Shown piece after piece: positions 26,017-40,004 of a stretch of DNA of 64,000 bases. The stretch comes from Zygnema circumcarinatum SAG 698-1b. Its lineage: Eukaryota > Plantae > Zygnematophyceae. The stretch is taken from positions 2,108,001-2,172,000 of the forward strand of contig CM074814.1 of the NCBI GenBank assembly GCA_037447605.1. Reading direction: 5' to 3'. Each line of letters begins with the position of its first letter. The stretch's first letter is position 1. The notes beneath the pieces were generated by a model. It was not told where the DNA came from. It did no database searches and saw only the letters and a program-made list of their open reading frames with translations. A program made the translations under genes and the position numbers.

Positions 26017-29000
26017 TCACTCCCCCTGGTCATCGTGTCCCCTCGGAGTCCACCTTCCCCCCGTTTCCTTGACATGGCCCAAAGCCTTCAGCTGCTCATT
26101 CACAGCATCTCTCTTCTCCTGCTGCCCAGAAGAAGCATAAGCTCTTGCAAGAGTGGCTAAAGTGGCGAAGGTTGGTTTCAGGAAATGGGGCTCGCCCTGC
26201 ATCTCCAAGTACAGCTTCTCCACTGCACCCCAATTGGCTTTCAGTCTATACCCATTCATCCGAGTCGTGAATGTAATGATGTCGGCCGTCAACCCTGTTT
26301 CCAGCATCCGCATGTAAAGCGCTTCCATCTTTTCGATATCACCACATTTGGCGTAAATGTTGAGCATAGTGTTGTAGTTCACCTGAACAGAGGCAATTGG
26401 GAAGCAATTTACTCAACTGCTGAATGTCGGCATGAAGAAAAGCGCATGTGGAGATGCAATGTGCAGCAAACCCTAAACAGTGAAAGCTTCCCATCCATGG
26501 CGGCCTAAAACATTGCTCAGCGTACCTGATTTGCAGGACACCCAGAATCTTCCATCTGCTTAAACAACCTTTCTGCAGTAGCTACATCACCCGCTCTGCC
26601 TAAAGCTTTGAATACGGAGTTGTACGAGAATGAGTTGGGTGTAAGCCCCCACTCCAGAATCTGCTGGAACAAGTTCATCGCCTTTGTGTTATCCTTTACT
26701 TTCAAATATGCATCTAGAAGAACGTTAAAAGTCACTAGTGACGGCGTTTGGTTTGTCTTCAGCAGACGTTCAAACATTTCTTCCATCTTCCCTATGTCTC
26801 CGACTTTGCCGTAAGCGTGCATTAGGATATTGTGAGTGACCTGAACCCACCCAAAAATCCTCGTCAGATCTTCCGTCCTTTGCCGACAACTGCATGAGTG
26901 CATGAGTCCTTGGCAGCATGAGTTACAACGCAAAGACATTAGGCAAAGTTTCTGAAGGAATTTCCCCAGCACTAACTAACCGATTCAATGCCTACAAGAG
27001 GTCAGAGCAACTGTCAAAGCATGCTTCTGTAAACACAATGGGATCAATAGCTAAAGAGATGCAACATTCGCAATGCCTTACTAGTGGATGCTTAAGTTTT
27101 TATATCTAAGGGTTTTAGAGGAGATTCCGTCCCATCCATGGCAACACAATGATGAGTGTACACACCTCATCCGTACCACACTCTTGTCGCAACATTTCCT
27201 CGTAAAGCAGCTCTGCCGCACTCAGCTTCCCCTCATCTACAAGGGCCTTCATGATCATGTTCAGAGGCCGAGTCTGCCGCTCAAGACCAGCTTTGTGCTT
27301 TGCATCTATCATGCGAATTGCCTCTTCCAACCTTCCTGCCTTCACATATCCTTGAACCAAAGTGTTGTATGTTGCTGCCTCTGGGGTCGCCCCTGCCTGC
27401 TTCATCCTTTCAAACGAAGCTTCCATAGCCTCACACTCATCTTTCCTCAGACTATACATGTGAATGAAGAGGTTGTACGTCACCTGTTGCCTCCATGCAT
27501 TCCATAAAATAGAGTCAAGAGCATGCATCGTAATCTAAGAACCAGCACAGAGTTTACTCTTGCTTCTTAACTGCAGCTACAGATCGGAAGACTGTAAATT
27601 CAGCCAAATTGTAAGTTCATCAGCATGCTACGCAAAAGCTGAGCATAAACTTCTTCTTCCTGGTTGGTATGGCTCTTCACGGACACAGCTCACTGAAGAT
27701 GCTATACTGCCACTCTAAATCCTAACTCCCTCTGCAAATTTGACGTTCCTGTATCAAACGCCAAAGCACGAAGTACACCTCTATAGGTTACAAGGAGTCT
27801 GTAGGACTGTAGAAAACATCTGGAGTAGGCTAGGCAGGGAATAACTCACAGCATCTGCCATTCGCCTCCCCTCCACAAACTCAAGCAGCCGATACGCTTC
27901 ATCCACGGAACCCTCATCTATTAGACCTTTGAGCATAATGTTATAAGTCACTGTCGTTGGAGGAAAATCTTCACTCTCCTGCAATGTTTTCACCAAACTT
28001 CGCGCTTTTTCCAGCCACCCTCCATCGACGTAGGCCTTAAGAAGAGCATTGAGGACTGACATAGAGACATGACAGCCCTGCTCCTGTATGCTTTGCACCA
28101 CGTCCTCTGCTAATTGAGGTTGCCGAGCGCGGCTGAGACATGTAATGAGCTGAATGTAGATGGCGGGCCAATCGTTAGACCACCACCTCTGCTGCTGCAT
28201 GCGCTGGAAGAGCTGGGCTGATTACAGAGCACCAAAAGATGGAGTCAGACTTTGGGATGATCCGGAAGCCACAGTCTTGGCAAGGGCTGCTGCAAACCGC
28301 AGAAGTGAAACAGGCAGAAGGAATGGCAAGTCAGGTAAAGACATGACACCAAATCGTGAGAAAGCCGAAAGCAACAGCGAGCAGCTCAGCACATATCAAT
28401 GGGGGCATAGAGTAACTTGTTTTTTTCATCGGAAAGACCAAGTTTTCCGGTTTTTTCGGGGACTTTGTCCTTTGCCCTACACTGCTGTCCGATAATCCAA
28501 TAAAAGATACGGATGAATTATGTTCACCCGGTTTTCGGTACCTCTGAAGGGCCATGGCTCTGAAACTCTATGCCGATTACCAACATGTACTCAATCTAAA
28601 GACTAAAAACACTTGAGTAAAACTGACTACAAAGTTGACAATATACTCTAATTTCATATCAAACATTCAGAATCTGACCAATTGCCACACAAATAACATC
28701 ACAGCAATCAGCAAAAGGTATTGTAGCCAGGAATGCAAAATCATTCCAAACTAAAAGTGGTAACGAAAACAAACCTCATGTGCCGATTGCCAGAAACTCT
28801 TCCCAACCAAGCTGTGGAATACGCGGCGAGCCAATAGCTGATCAGTCAAATTCTCCACTTTCTGTAACCATGCCTTCGCTTGCTCGTCGGAGGGCGCATT
28901 CAACAAAAGCTCTAATTTTTGCGACTCTGCCCTTCCTCCTCCTCCTCGCTCCTGTCCTGGAGCATTAGAACCATTCCCTTTAGACTTCAATTGTGATGAT

Positions 29001-29497
29001 CCAGCGCTCCAGTTTGTGGCATTTCTGTTCGTTCTCACTCCTCCATTACTCCGTCCTGCATTAGCACCATTTTGTACAGCGGCAGGCGCCTCCTCTAACC
29101 GTCGATAGCCCGTTGTTGATTTCCCCTGCACTTGAACAGCTCTCTCTCGCTGTGGAGCCGCCTCATTTTCTTCGCTTCCTGCGGTTTCTACTCCTTCTCC
29201 CTCCATTCCCTTTTTTTTTTTCCTCCACAACACTTTGACCCGGGCCCCTGATTGCTTCTGCTGTGCTCCCTCTAAGGAGGGACCTTTCTGAGCATTCTCC
29301 ATAGTTGCAGCCACCTTGCATGATGAACAAAAAAATCTGGCATTCCTAAGGATCTTCTGTCGCAGAAAATATTTTCCCAACTGCACATCATGAGGCTGCT
29401 TTGATCCTAAACCTGTCAAATCCACCTGCACTACCTGCTGCATACTTCTAACTCCCTTGCCAATACTACAAAAACTTAACGCTTGCAAATTCCTCAT
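26017..29497 (-). CDS. P-class pentatricopeptide repeat protein, probably organelle-targeted; at least 5 exons
   Basis: Exons ~29497-28775, 28212-27850, 27483-27165, 26841-26526 and 26382-26017. Repeated 35-aa PPR motifs (VTYNIMLKGL, TYNTLVQGYVKAGRLEEA, VTFNVLLDAY, YNTMLNIYAKCGD). Confidence 0.9.
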
Positions 29498-30310
29498 GGT
29501 AATTGAAAAATCTACCAAAAAATGTCAACCCCTTGGGTAAAACTAGAACATTGGTAGTTTTCCTTCAACCCTAATTGGCCTCCTGTATCCTAAAACCAGC
29601 TCCAAGGAGTGCCTGCATACGCCTCCACCTCCATATAACTCGCCCTTTTACCCTCCGAACTGCCCTCACAGCCCCACCATAGCCCCATCTATCCCCCCTA
29701 AATTCTTCCCTACTGTCTGTCTGTCAAGAATAACGAGTGAGGAAAGGGAGGGTCTGGAAGGAGGAAAAACTACGAAGTGGCTTGGTGCAGGTTCATAATG
29801 TGAAACTGGATCTACATTTGGTTGACCCTGATCCACATTTTCGTCCCACATTTGGCTAAACCAGATCCACCTTGTCGGAAGCCGTGGATGTTCCTGCAAG
29901 AGTGGTGGATCTTATCCCAGAGGATAAAAAGTCACACTTTTAAATGTGTGACCGTACAGTTCAACGAGGGGTTGAACAGTACGGTCAGTACTTCAAGTTT
30001 TTTGATCCGTCAAAGTCTTAACTTCCTTATAGGGTTTGAATGCCCACCGAAAACTGGCAGGGTTCTCTCCCTCCCTCCTTCCTCCCTCCCTCCCTCTTCT
30101 CTCCACTCCTCTCCTCGCCCTCCCTCCCTCCCTCCCTCCCTCCCTCCCTCTCCTCTCCTCTCCTCTCCTCGCTGCCTCGTCTCCTCTGAGTCCTCTCCCT
30201 CATGCTTTCTCGCCTTTTCCTAACCACCTTTCGCCTCTCCCGCGACCTTCTACATCTTCACTACTCTTTGTCTTTCCCTACCCTCTCCTGCTCATAACAG
30301 ACCCGCCACA

Positions 30311-32815
30311 ATGCGGCTCCAGGTGATTTCACGGCCCCGTCGGGAGTACAGTCGGGAAACAAATCGCGACATTCAGGTCAGTTTTCCTCTTTAACTGCTT
30401 CCAGGTCGCAATATCCCCTCTATTTAGAAATCTCCGTCTCCCCCTCCCTCCCTGAGCTCGCCTCTCCCTCTCCCCCTCTGGCACACACTCTATAGCTGTG
30501 GCTCTCGCTTGCTGGGCTCTGAATATGCAGAAAGTATTCCGCAACCTCCAGCCAGAGTTGCATCCCATGGAGAACGCCCATGAATATACTCGCGCCTTGG
30601 CAGGCACAAAGCTTGAACGACTATTTGCGAAGCCATTCATGGGAGCCATGGCCGGGCACAAGGACAGTGTCACTGCCATGGCCCGTAATCCCCGTCACTT
30701 GACAATTCTTGTTAGTGCGTCTGCTGACGGAGGTATGCAACGCCTTTCATGACCAGACGCTGCCTTTCCTGATTTTGTTTCTTCTTCTATGGTTGGAGAA
30801 TATGTAGTTGTAGGGCACTGAGGCCAAAATTAGGGCTCACAAATTATTTACTCGGCCTTAGGTTTTATTATCAGGGTTTTGCTGAAGCATTACGTCAAGT
30901 TAGTGCTGTGACTCATGCAAGTTCGCTCACTGTTGATGTAGTGCCAGAGACACAACGATAAATTCGCATTGTCCTTCATAGGCCTTTCTCTTGTAATTGT
31001 TTTGAAACTCTTATAATCAAACTTGACCGCTCATTGGTCTGTTTGTTTGCTTACCTGTTTAGTCAACCACGCTATGTGGATCCTAATTCTGAGTATCTAA
31101 GGTTAGGGAGGTGCTTCTATTTGTCTACTTGGCCATTCATATTTGAGATTCCGTTTGTTAGGGGTGAACGTTCATGTAACCCTTTACGTCTGACACTGCC
31201 ACAAGATATTGAGGGACAACGTTTGTTACGCATCTCATAGTCATGTACGCCTTTTTCCCACCTTAAGTTTTTCTTAACAGAAGTAGCAACTGATGTTTCC
31301 GTATATACGTGCATTTCGTGGGCTTCAACGCAGAAATTCGACTTTGGGATTTAGCTTTACGGTAGGTAAACCCTTTGAACTGCACCTGCCTCGTGCATCG
31401 ACCCAACTGTTCATAGCTGAGGAAACGCAATCACACACGTGCCTTGTTTTGTTTCTCCGCTCCGTCCCATTCCTCTCTCACCTTTCTCCTCTTTTTTCTC
31501 CCATTTGGACAACACATACATATATGTGAAGCGTAAGCCCTGAGCACTTTTCCTCAATATATTCGCTGTTCCACTCTTCCCCTTTGTTGCTTATCTTCTA
31601 AATCTTTGTGAACTTTGAACGCTAATATAAAGGCCTCCTTTTGTTGGAACTACAGGCGAACAGTGCAGACATTTTCAGGGCATAACCGCACAGTCCGAGG
31701 GTTAAGTTTGGGCCCCGATGGGGAGCACTTAGTTTCATGTGGTGACGATTGCACGTGAGTGACGTACTGCTTTTTCAGAACAGCAAGATGCAAGATAGCC
31801 TTGTGGTGAGGGAGGGGGTTTGGGTTAGAGAGGAGTGGGAGGCAGCTGAAGGAGTCTGGATATCTCTCTCGTATAACCGCTCTTTAGTTCTGAAAAGTGA
31901 TTATAGACTCATGTCGTAGGGTGAAGGGAAGGTTTATGGACTCATTACAGAAGGGGGTGAGAGGGGGAGTGCAGTATAAGGCTGTGGCAGCTTCCCGATA
32001 TGCAGGTGGGAGAGGCAGGGGGAGGAGACGATCAAGAGGTGAGCAGAAGCTTTCGAAGCACGCTCCATGTGAAATTTTAAATTTTATTGAGTTCATCATT
32101 GGATCTAATTTAAACATGATTGTAACAATTGAAACAACAAATGTAAGAGAAATTTCTCTCGAAGAGTCTCCGTGGTAAGTTGGAGTGTTATTGAGTGGGA
32201 ACTGTTTCCTCGTGTTGGCAGCCAATCAGCATTTTTCAAGGAAAGCACTCATTCAGGTATGGCCCGTCAATCATATTCTTCTGAATGTCTATTCGGTGTC
32301 TTTGATGGGCATCCATGTAGTGAAGCATGCAATTAAGCAGAGGAAGGGTTTTTAGAGTAAACTCGATTGTCTTAAGTTAGGACTTCCGGTTAAGCAATGG
32401 AATTGAGCAGAATTCTCACAGCTTTTCTCGTCATTGTATCTTTCGTCAAGAAACAGGACGGGTTTTTAATTCCTTGTTTCCTTTTCTTAACCAATGATGG
32501 TTTTTAAGTGGCGTTTTGCAGAGCAGTTGATCATCGCTGGCAGGGAAATGTTTTTGCCACCGCCGGTGCTCAGGTGGATGTGTGGGACTACAACAGGTGA
32601 GCTGCATAATGGGGAGAGGGAGGGAGAGGGAGGGAGGGAGGGAGGGAGAGGGAGGGAGAGAGGGAGAGGGAGGGAGGGAGGGAGAGGGAGGGAGGGAGAG
32701 GGATCGTCATGGGCTTTAAGGCCTCGTGGAATTTCCAAGTGTTAGGGTTCCGAAAGATCTTCAGGGTTACGCTTTCTCCTAGGGTTTGTAAGTTGGGTCT
32801 GAGATGACGGGGAGG

Positions 32816-32849
<34 letters not shown>

Positions 32850-35699
32850 GCACGGGGGAAGGGTTGGGAGAGCAGAGCGAGCTTTACCTACCCCATATCG
32901 GAACAGGCATATTTGATATCTCTGCTATTCCTGCATTAGACTTTGTTGCAAAAGGTGTCTGGCATGATAGTTCTTTCGCTTAAAGTCCGAAAAAGAATGT
33001 CGAGACTCAATGTCTTTGAAGCAGCCGGTCGACTAACTGCAAATCTATGAAGGATTTTCTTACAGCAGTAACTAACTGGGATTCGCAGATCAGAGCCAAT
33101 CAAGAGCTTTTCGTGGGGTACTGATTCCGTGTACTCTGTACGGTTCAATCCCGCTGAGCCCGACATCTTTGCAACTACTGCGAGGTTTGTGGAAGTATAT
33201 GAAGTTTCTCATACATCGCATGAATCAGCAAACAATGTTTCTAGTCAGCACAATAGGTGCTTTTGGTGAACGCATTTAGCTGAATGCCTGAAATGGCTTC
33301 ATCATAGTCATCATAATCATTCCACTGGTCATGTCGCAATCAATCTGAAAGTTAAACTGGTCAAATCTGTGCAGCGATCGGAGTATTGCTTTGTACGATT
33401 TGCGGATGGGAGCACCGTTACGGAAACTCGTCATGCAGGTAAAAACTTGTGCAGAGATTGCAATAGAAATGAAGGTGATGGGAATAGAGGAGGGTGTAGG
33501 AAATAAAGTTGCAAGGAGAACTGGCTATTCACGTGCCAAACAACAACTTTTGGCCAATAAAGTAGATTTAGAAGTAGATAGATATATAGTAGATAGATTC
33601 TAGATAAAGTAGATTCAAGAACAGTCGAGAGGCTTGTCTATCCATTGCCTTAATCCAAAACCTTTCTTTACGAGAGATGAGACTTGTTTTGACTCGACCC
33701 AACTTGACTTGACTTGACTTGACTTGACTTGACTTGACTTGACTTGACTTGACTTGACTTGACTTGACTTGAACTTGAACTTGAACTTGAACTTGAACTT
33801 GAACTTGAACTTGAACTTGAACTTGAACTTGAACTTGACTTGACTTGAACTTGACTTGACTTGACTTGACTGTTGCGGGAAAGGAGGGCAGACTCGAAGC
33901 AATATGGTGGCGTGGAATCCCCGGGAAGCATTTAACTTTACAGCGGTATGCAGCTCTCTGTCTGATTTACCTTTCTAATAATTCAACCCTTACTGGATGG
34001 CATGCATCTTTCTCATGATGGCGATATTGATTTGAAGTGCTTGTTTTATTTATGGTCTGCAGGCAAATGAAGACACAAATTGCTACAGCTATGACATGCG
34101 GAAGTTGAATAAGGCAACCTGTGTTCACAGAGATCACGTCTCGGCAGTGTGAGTGGAGAGAAGGAGAGAGGAGAGGCGAGGAGAGAGGAGAGAGAGAGTG
34201 AGGAGAGAGTGGAGAGGCCCTCCCCTCTACTCACCTCTCCTCCTCCCTCCTTCCCTGCCTCTCCCCCCATCGCTCCTTATTCTGCCCTCTCTCCCTTCCC
34301 TCCGTTCTCCTTTATCCCTCATCCGATCCCGCCGTTTGCTTTGGGTCTTTGTCATGCAGAATGGATTTAGACTATTCTCCAACTGGTCGCGAATTTGTGA
34401 CCGGCTCATATGACCGCTCTGTAAGTGCCATATTAGACATATTTTGCTTAAGTATATTATTTTATTACACTTTGTGATGGCGCTGAGTGAGTCAGAACGA
34501 TCTCCCCCAAGTTATGAAGAGGCGAACATGTCTTCGCATATCTTCACGTGTTAAGGGCACATTCTGTATATTATGCATATTATGTATCTGCAAGTCTTTA
34601 GTTGGTTAATGTCAGCGGGTGATGGTATAATTTCATGTTTCAGGTGCGAATTTTTGGTTATAATGCGGGTCACAGTCGGGACGTTTATCACACCAAACGC
34701 ATGCAAAGGTGAGTCTTGAAGCAGGGAAGGTTCGGTACTATTCTACTACTATAGAAGAATTACCATAGCAGCATTGTAACGTTGATGAGGATACAACTTG
34801 CACGATCTGTCAATGTATATCGGAGTTAGACAATAGTCAACGCGAAACATCATCCCATTCAACCTTAAAGTCTCATGGAACGGAAGAGATATCGAACTGC
34901 ATGAAAGAGTAGCCAGAATACAACCCATTCAGAGAATACTCTCGTCCTCTTATTCTTTCCCTAATACCCCTAAATTTGCTGCTCCTCTCCTTGGTTGATT
35001 GCTTCCGTTTGACAAATTTCCGCTGCAAATCTTCTCCTCCTGCAGAGTATTCTCTGTGAGGTTCAGTGGAGATGGCTCCTATGTGATGTCAGGCAGCGAT
35101 GACTCCAACATTCGTCTTTGGAAGGCACAAGCTGCCGAACAGTTGGGAGTGGTAAGGCTCTCTCTCTCTGTCTACCACTCCACAGCAGTACGGCTTTTAC
35201 AAAACTTTGGGATAAAGAAAGGGTCAAACGAATAAGTCTAATCACATTACCTTTACCTCTCCTTTGGTTGTTGTGCTATGCAAACCCTTGCAGGTGTTAC
35301 CTCGGGAGAGAAAGAAACACTCCTATATGGCAGCGCTGAAGGAGCGGTACAAGAACCTTCCGGAGATCAAACGCATTGACAGGTAAGTGGCGCACTCACA
35401 ACCTTTCACTTTTGGTTTGTATGTGTGAAAGGATGAGGTAGGGCTGCGGAAAGCAATGGGAAATTAGGGTTGTCTGAAGTTCCCCAGCAGCATGCTGAAG
35501 GTTTATGTCTCTGTCTCCATGCAGGCATCGCCACCTCCCTGCTCCGTTGTACAAGGCAGCCAAATTACGGCAAACTGTAACTGAAGCAGAGAGGAGAAAG
35601 GAGATTCGCAGGAAAGCCCACAGTGCGCCGGAAACAAACGCAGGGCCTGCTGGTGCTAAAACTGTTCGCAGGAAAAAAATCATCACAGAATTGGAATAA
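30311..35699 (+). CDS. DCAF13: DCAF13/SOF1 WD40 U3 snoRNP protein, about 16 small exons
   Basis: Exons 30311-30376 (MRLQVISRP), 30531-30732 (KVFRN..KLERLFAKPF..GHKDSV), 31334-31361 (EIRLWDL), 31656-31754, 31975-32038, 32222-32256, 32522-32596, 33089-33184, 33375-33438, 33892-33945 (WNPREAFNFTA), 34063-34148 (ANEDTNCYSYDMRKL), 34360-34420 (DYSPTGREFVTGSYDR), 34644-34708 (YHTKRMQR), 35046-35151, 35294-35382 and 35525-35699 (Sof1 C-terminus, RHRHLP). Confidence 0.95.
33701..33871. repeat. Compound microsatellite (GACTT)n-(GAACTT)n-(GACTT)n in a DCAF13 intron
   Basis: Directly visible; it explains the spurious FKFK and SSQVK ORFs. Confidence 0.97.
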
Positions 35700-36240
35700 C
35701 TCTATTCAGTTTCCTAAGGGCCCTTCTGATGATGCCTCCCATTACATAAGGTCCGTGACCAGCTGTCACACTCCTGAGTCTGTACAGCAAGACATGTCCC
35801 TACCATGCCATGCCATGACGGGGCCATGCTCCTCAATAGAAAGAAGGGCATCCCTTCCCTCCTGTGGCTTGGCACCTCCCATTTTTTGAGAACCACACGG
35901 TCACCACAAGCAGGTTCTTGGCCAAAAGTCCTTTAACAAAGTGCCCTCACAAAAGTGGCGGCGTCTCCTGCTGTGGTGTTGCGTTGTGTAAGACTGCTCT
36001 TGGGAGTGCAGGGCTCCCCTCGTTGTGGCGGTAACTTGAGCTTGTTTGGCTTTCCGTGTGTGCCTTTACCCGATTGTTTTTTTTTTTTCTTTTTTCTTTT
36101 TTTTCTTTTGGAGTGTTCAAGGTGCCATAGACAGCCCATGGTGGCGGGCGGGTTCAGGGCTTTCCGAGGTTTATGGTTTTCCTGAAGGACTCGTTGTAGA
36201 ATAAATTGTGTAGTTTTTATTTTCTGGAATTTACTATATA

Positions 36241-36355
36241 CACACCTTTTCTGGCTAGATTCGCACCTTTAAAGAAAAAACCCCCAAACCCTGACATCCC
36301 TAAAACATTATCTGATCGGCGAAAAAAAGTGCGAATCTAACCGAAAAAAGGTGTG
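36241..36355. mobile_element. Small MITE-like element with TA flanks (Tc1/mariner/Stowaway-like)
   Basis: TA|CACACCTTTTCTGGCTAGATTCGCAC ... GTGCGAATCTAACCGAAAAAAGGTGTG|TA; imperfect terminal inverted repeats of ~27 bp. Confidence 0.6.
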
Positions 36356-36971
36356 TACATAGACCCTAACTATTTTTCTAGTGATAGGCAAAGTTTTGCC
36401 TCTTCGTTCTAAGCATCGAAATATCGCCATGTCGCCGGCGTATCGGCTCTACGAACCTGCCAATGCCGGCGGCGTCAATCGCGGCAACCGTACTGTTACT
36501 GGCCAGCGAAACCGCCCAAGCCATACACCAGCTGCCGGCGCCGTCACGTTTTGTTTGGTCATATCCGATACGCCGGCGATATGCCAATATGGCTATTCGT
36601 AGGACCTCCGAGATCGTACGGCTCATGTTTTTTCTCAACAGGAGTCCAGAGTGGAGGTCAGAGGAGAACAGTGGGAGAATTGTGGTTGTTTTCAGTCACA
36701 GTTGAAGTTAGCCAGTTACTTAATCACCAGTTAGTAATCATGCGCATGCAAGATTTGCAAAAAAAGTTGATTGAGGCAAAAAAATGATTATGCTTTGGTT
36801 GAGTGTACGAACGCTCAGACAGCGACTGCATGCATGGCGTATCACCTCATAAATACATGGCGCGTGCAAGACTGAAGACTTCTTAACTGACTTCACAACT
36901 GAACCCTCCATTCTAGACCCTCCACTCTCCACCCTGAACCCTGAACCCTAACCCCAACCCTAACCTTAACT

Positions 36972-39477
36972 TCAGACATCGAAGAAGGTGACAGCCTCCG
37001 GCGTGGCAACGATCAGCGGCGCGCCAGTAGAGCTGCTTCCTACGAAGTTGTCGTGCATGAAGAGGCTCTCGACGATGGCCTCCTCGCGCGGTACAACTCG
37101 ATAGCAGTAGCATGTCTTCAAGCCACCCACGGCCGCGCGGTAGCACTCGTGCTCGGTCTGCTTCACGCGCCGGAAGTTCCACACAACGGAGAACTGTCCC
37201 ACGGTGGCGACTATGTTGCGTTCAGCACGGTCGCTATCCGTGACCTGCAGCACAGTGGGGCGAGTGAGTCTTTAAAGGGTCTTTGGGTTTTTGAAGGGTT
37301 GTAAGGAGGAAGGTGAGGGAAGGAAGGGAGGAGGGGGGAAGGGAGGGATGGGAGGAGAGAGGGAGGAGAGGGAAGGGTAGAAAGGTGGGAAGGGACGGGC
37401 GGAGAGGAGGATAACAGGAGACAGGGGGAAGGNNNNNNNNNNAGGATGGAGGGAGGAGGGGGGAGGAAGGAGCGGGGAGGGGGGAGGGGGGAAAGGAGAG
37501 GGAGAGGGAGGGGGAGGGGCGGGAGGGAGGGAGTTAGGGGAACTTACCCATGAGAACTGTGCTTTTCGAAAGCATGCAAAATTTCCCGCCCGATGTGCGT
37601 CTACCGGATTAAGCTTCAGAAGCCTCGACGCTCCTATTTTCCCTCCCATCCTCCCTTCAAAACCCGTCTTCTCTCTCCCATTCTTGTCATAAAAAACAGT
37701 ACTCAACACAACCACACACGAATCTGTGGTCGCTACAATCCACTTCCCATCATAGGTGACGTCAATGTGCGTCACCGGCCCAAAACCTGCCCCTGGAAAC
37801 ACAGATTTGGCCCTATTCGTACTCGTGGTTCCGTACATTCTCACCTTCCCATCCTCTGAGCCCACTGCAATGGCCCCCGAACCCGTAGAGGCACAACATG
37901 TGAAATTTATGCCTTTAGAGAATTGGTGACCCGTCTCCCAACTAAGGACCGAGGGACTGGCAAGGTCCTGCACAATTCCGTGGGGGTCCCTAATGTCCCA
38001 CCTACAAAGGAGGTTGTCATTGAGACCGAGAAAACTTGAATTCGATTCGAGTTGAGCCGACTTCGAATCGGCGATAATGTCTCTCATAGAGATTGGGGTT
38101 CCGTCCTTTTCGAACTGCCAATTGGCGACCACCTTTTCTGTGTCGAGGTCGACCTGACGCACACCTGCAGAGAGGGGAGCAGCTTAGTTCAGTGACGGGT
38201 TTTACTCCTACGGTTCATAGTTCGTGCTTTATTCTTCATTGTTCTTGAGACAGAATTTGAGATACATTCAAAACGCAATTGAACATTCACAACGGCTCCT
38301 CGAGCCCTCCATATGTCCCAAATGTCAATCCCCCTTCCGGAAAACCAAAAAATCTTAAAAAATCATTAAGACATTTCTTCGCAAAAACCACCAAAATATT
38401 TTCAGACTTTAAAGACTTTAAAAACTTAGAAAATAAAATAAAATCGTAGGCAACCCAAATACCCTTCAGACGCATACCTGTAGCATGCATCATGTCCTCC
38501 CTCGACGGAGCCATAAGCATCATTGTGCTTTCCCCTCTCATCAAGAGGCCCTTCTTTGGTGTTATCCGCTCTCCTCCTCCTCCTCCTCTCCCTCCCCCCC
38601 CAAACGTTGCCGACAAATCCGTTGCTTCCAGCCCTTGATCTCTATTCCTGTAGACATCTATTCCGGACCCATGAATAATATAACTGTTTTGAAGGGCTCC
38701 CATAGTAATGCTCTGGACCCCCGTCCCTTTGGGAGTCACTCGGAAGGTCTCCTGCACATCAGCATTCTCCAAGTGGTTGCTCTCCTTCTGCTTCTCTCTC
38801 TTTGCCTCCTGGCCTTCCTCTAAGTGCTCCTGGGCGTCCCACATGCTCTCGTCCCCATCCTCTCCCTCCGCCCAATCCACAAACTCCTTTCCAAAAATCT
38901 TCGTTCTATTCTCGATTGTATCTTCCACTCCGTACGTGTTTTCAAACTGACATTTTTTCCATTTTTCTCCAAAATCACTGAATTCAGTCGCTTCCTTGAA
39001 CCGAATCGCCCACACATCGCCCGCAATAAAGTCGAGTCTCGTCTGTTCATCATTGAACCTCACTCCCATCCTCTCATCAACTCTCGCAGTCACCCTCCCC
39101 ACCAGACGCAGATGCCAGCTGGCCTCCCCTCCTCCCCCTCTCCCATCAGCTTCTTCTCGCTTCCGAAGCCATGGTTTCCTCCCTCCCTCTTCCTCCTCCT
39201 CCTTCTCCTTTTCCTCCTCGTCCTCACCCTCTCCCTCTCCACTCCCACGATCCTTTAATTTGACAAACAACCATGGAACTGAAGCTGCAACTAGAACGTA
39301 TTTCCCTGCAGCACCCACTCCTCCTATGTGCTTGTACAGTCTGACAGTGGAGGAGGATCTGGGCGCCAGAGAGACGCTGTATTTGGGAGCGAAATAGGAG
39401 CTGGAGGCATCCTGAAACTGCTCTTCGCCCTCATTGTCGTCCTTCGGTATAGGGGGGGTGCTCTGTCCAGCACCCAT
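36972..39477 (-). CDS. VID27: VID27/CYPRO4-like protein (PH-like domain plus beta-propeller), 3 exons
   Basis: Exons 39477-38477, ~38164-37548 and 37244-36972. MGAGQS (myristoylation-type start), CQFENTYG, GALQNSY, WQFEKDG, LCRWDIRD, HIDVTYDGKWI, GFEGRMG, RLLKLNP, ATVGQFSVVWNF, FMHDNF. An N gap lies in intron 2 (37432-37442). Confidence 0.9.
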
Positions 39478-40004
39478 GGAAGGGGGAGAAAGAGAAAGTG
39501 AGAGATGGAGGAGAAGGAGGGATTGAAAGAGAGTGAGGAAGGGCAAGGAAAGAGCGCGAGCGAGAGTGGGTGAGAGGGAGAAGAGCAAGAGAGAGGAGCG
39601 AAGGAGAAAGGGAGGGAGGGAGAAGGAGAGAGAGCAAGAGAGGCAGAAGGGAGGGACGAGACTCGAAAAAACTGCGGGGGAGAGGGTTTTTAGGGGAAAA
39701 GGGTAACTTGAAGAGAGGAAGGGAGCGGTCGGGAAAGGGGAGAGAAAGTGAGGTAGAGAGAGAGAGAGAGAGAGAGTAAGAAAGAGGGAGGCGCAGGATT
39801 AGGGAAGGGAATGGAGAGTGGAGTGAGTGATATAAAAAACAATATGGAAAGGAGAGGAGCAAGTTGAGGTAGGTGGGGAAGAGAGTGGCGCGCGAGAGAG
39901 CGAGAGAGAGCGCGGGAGAGGGAGGCGGGAGAGGGAGCGGAGGCAAAAAGCGCCGGCGCCGGCGCCTTGGCCATTTCTCCATTGTGAAACTCGGCGAAGC
40001 CTCC

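Noticed and set aside
33615-33931. FKFKFK and SSQVK repeat proteins
   Set aside because: Antisense translations of an intronic microsatellite.
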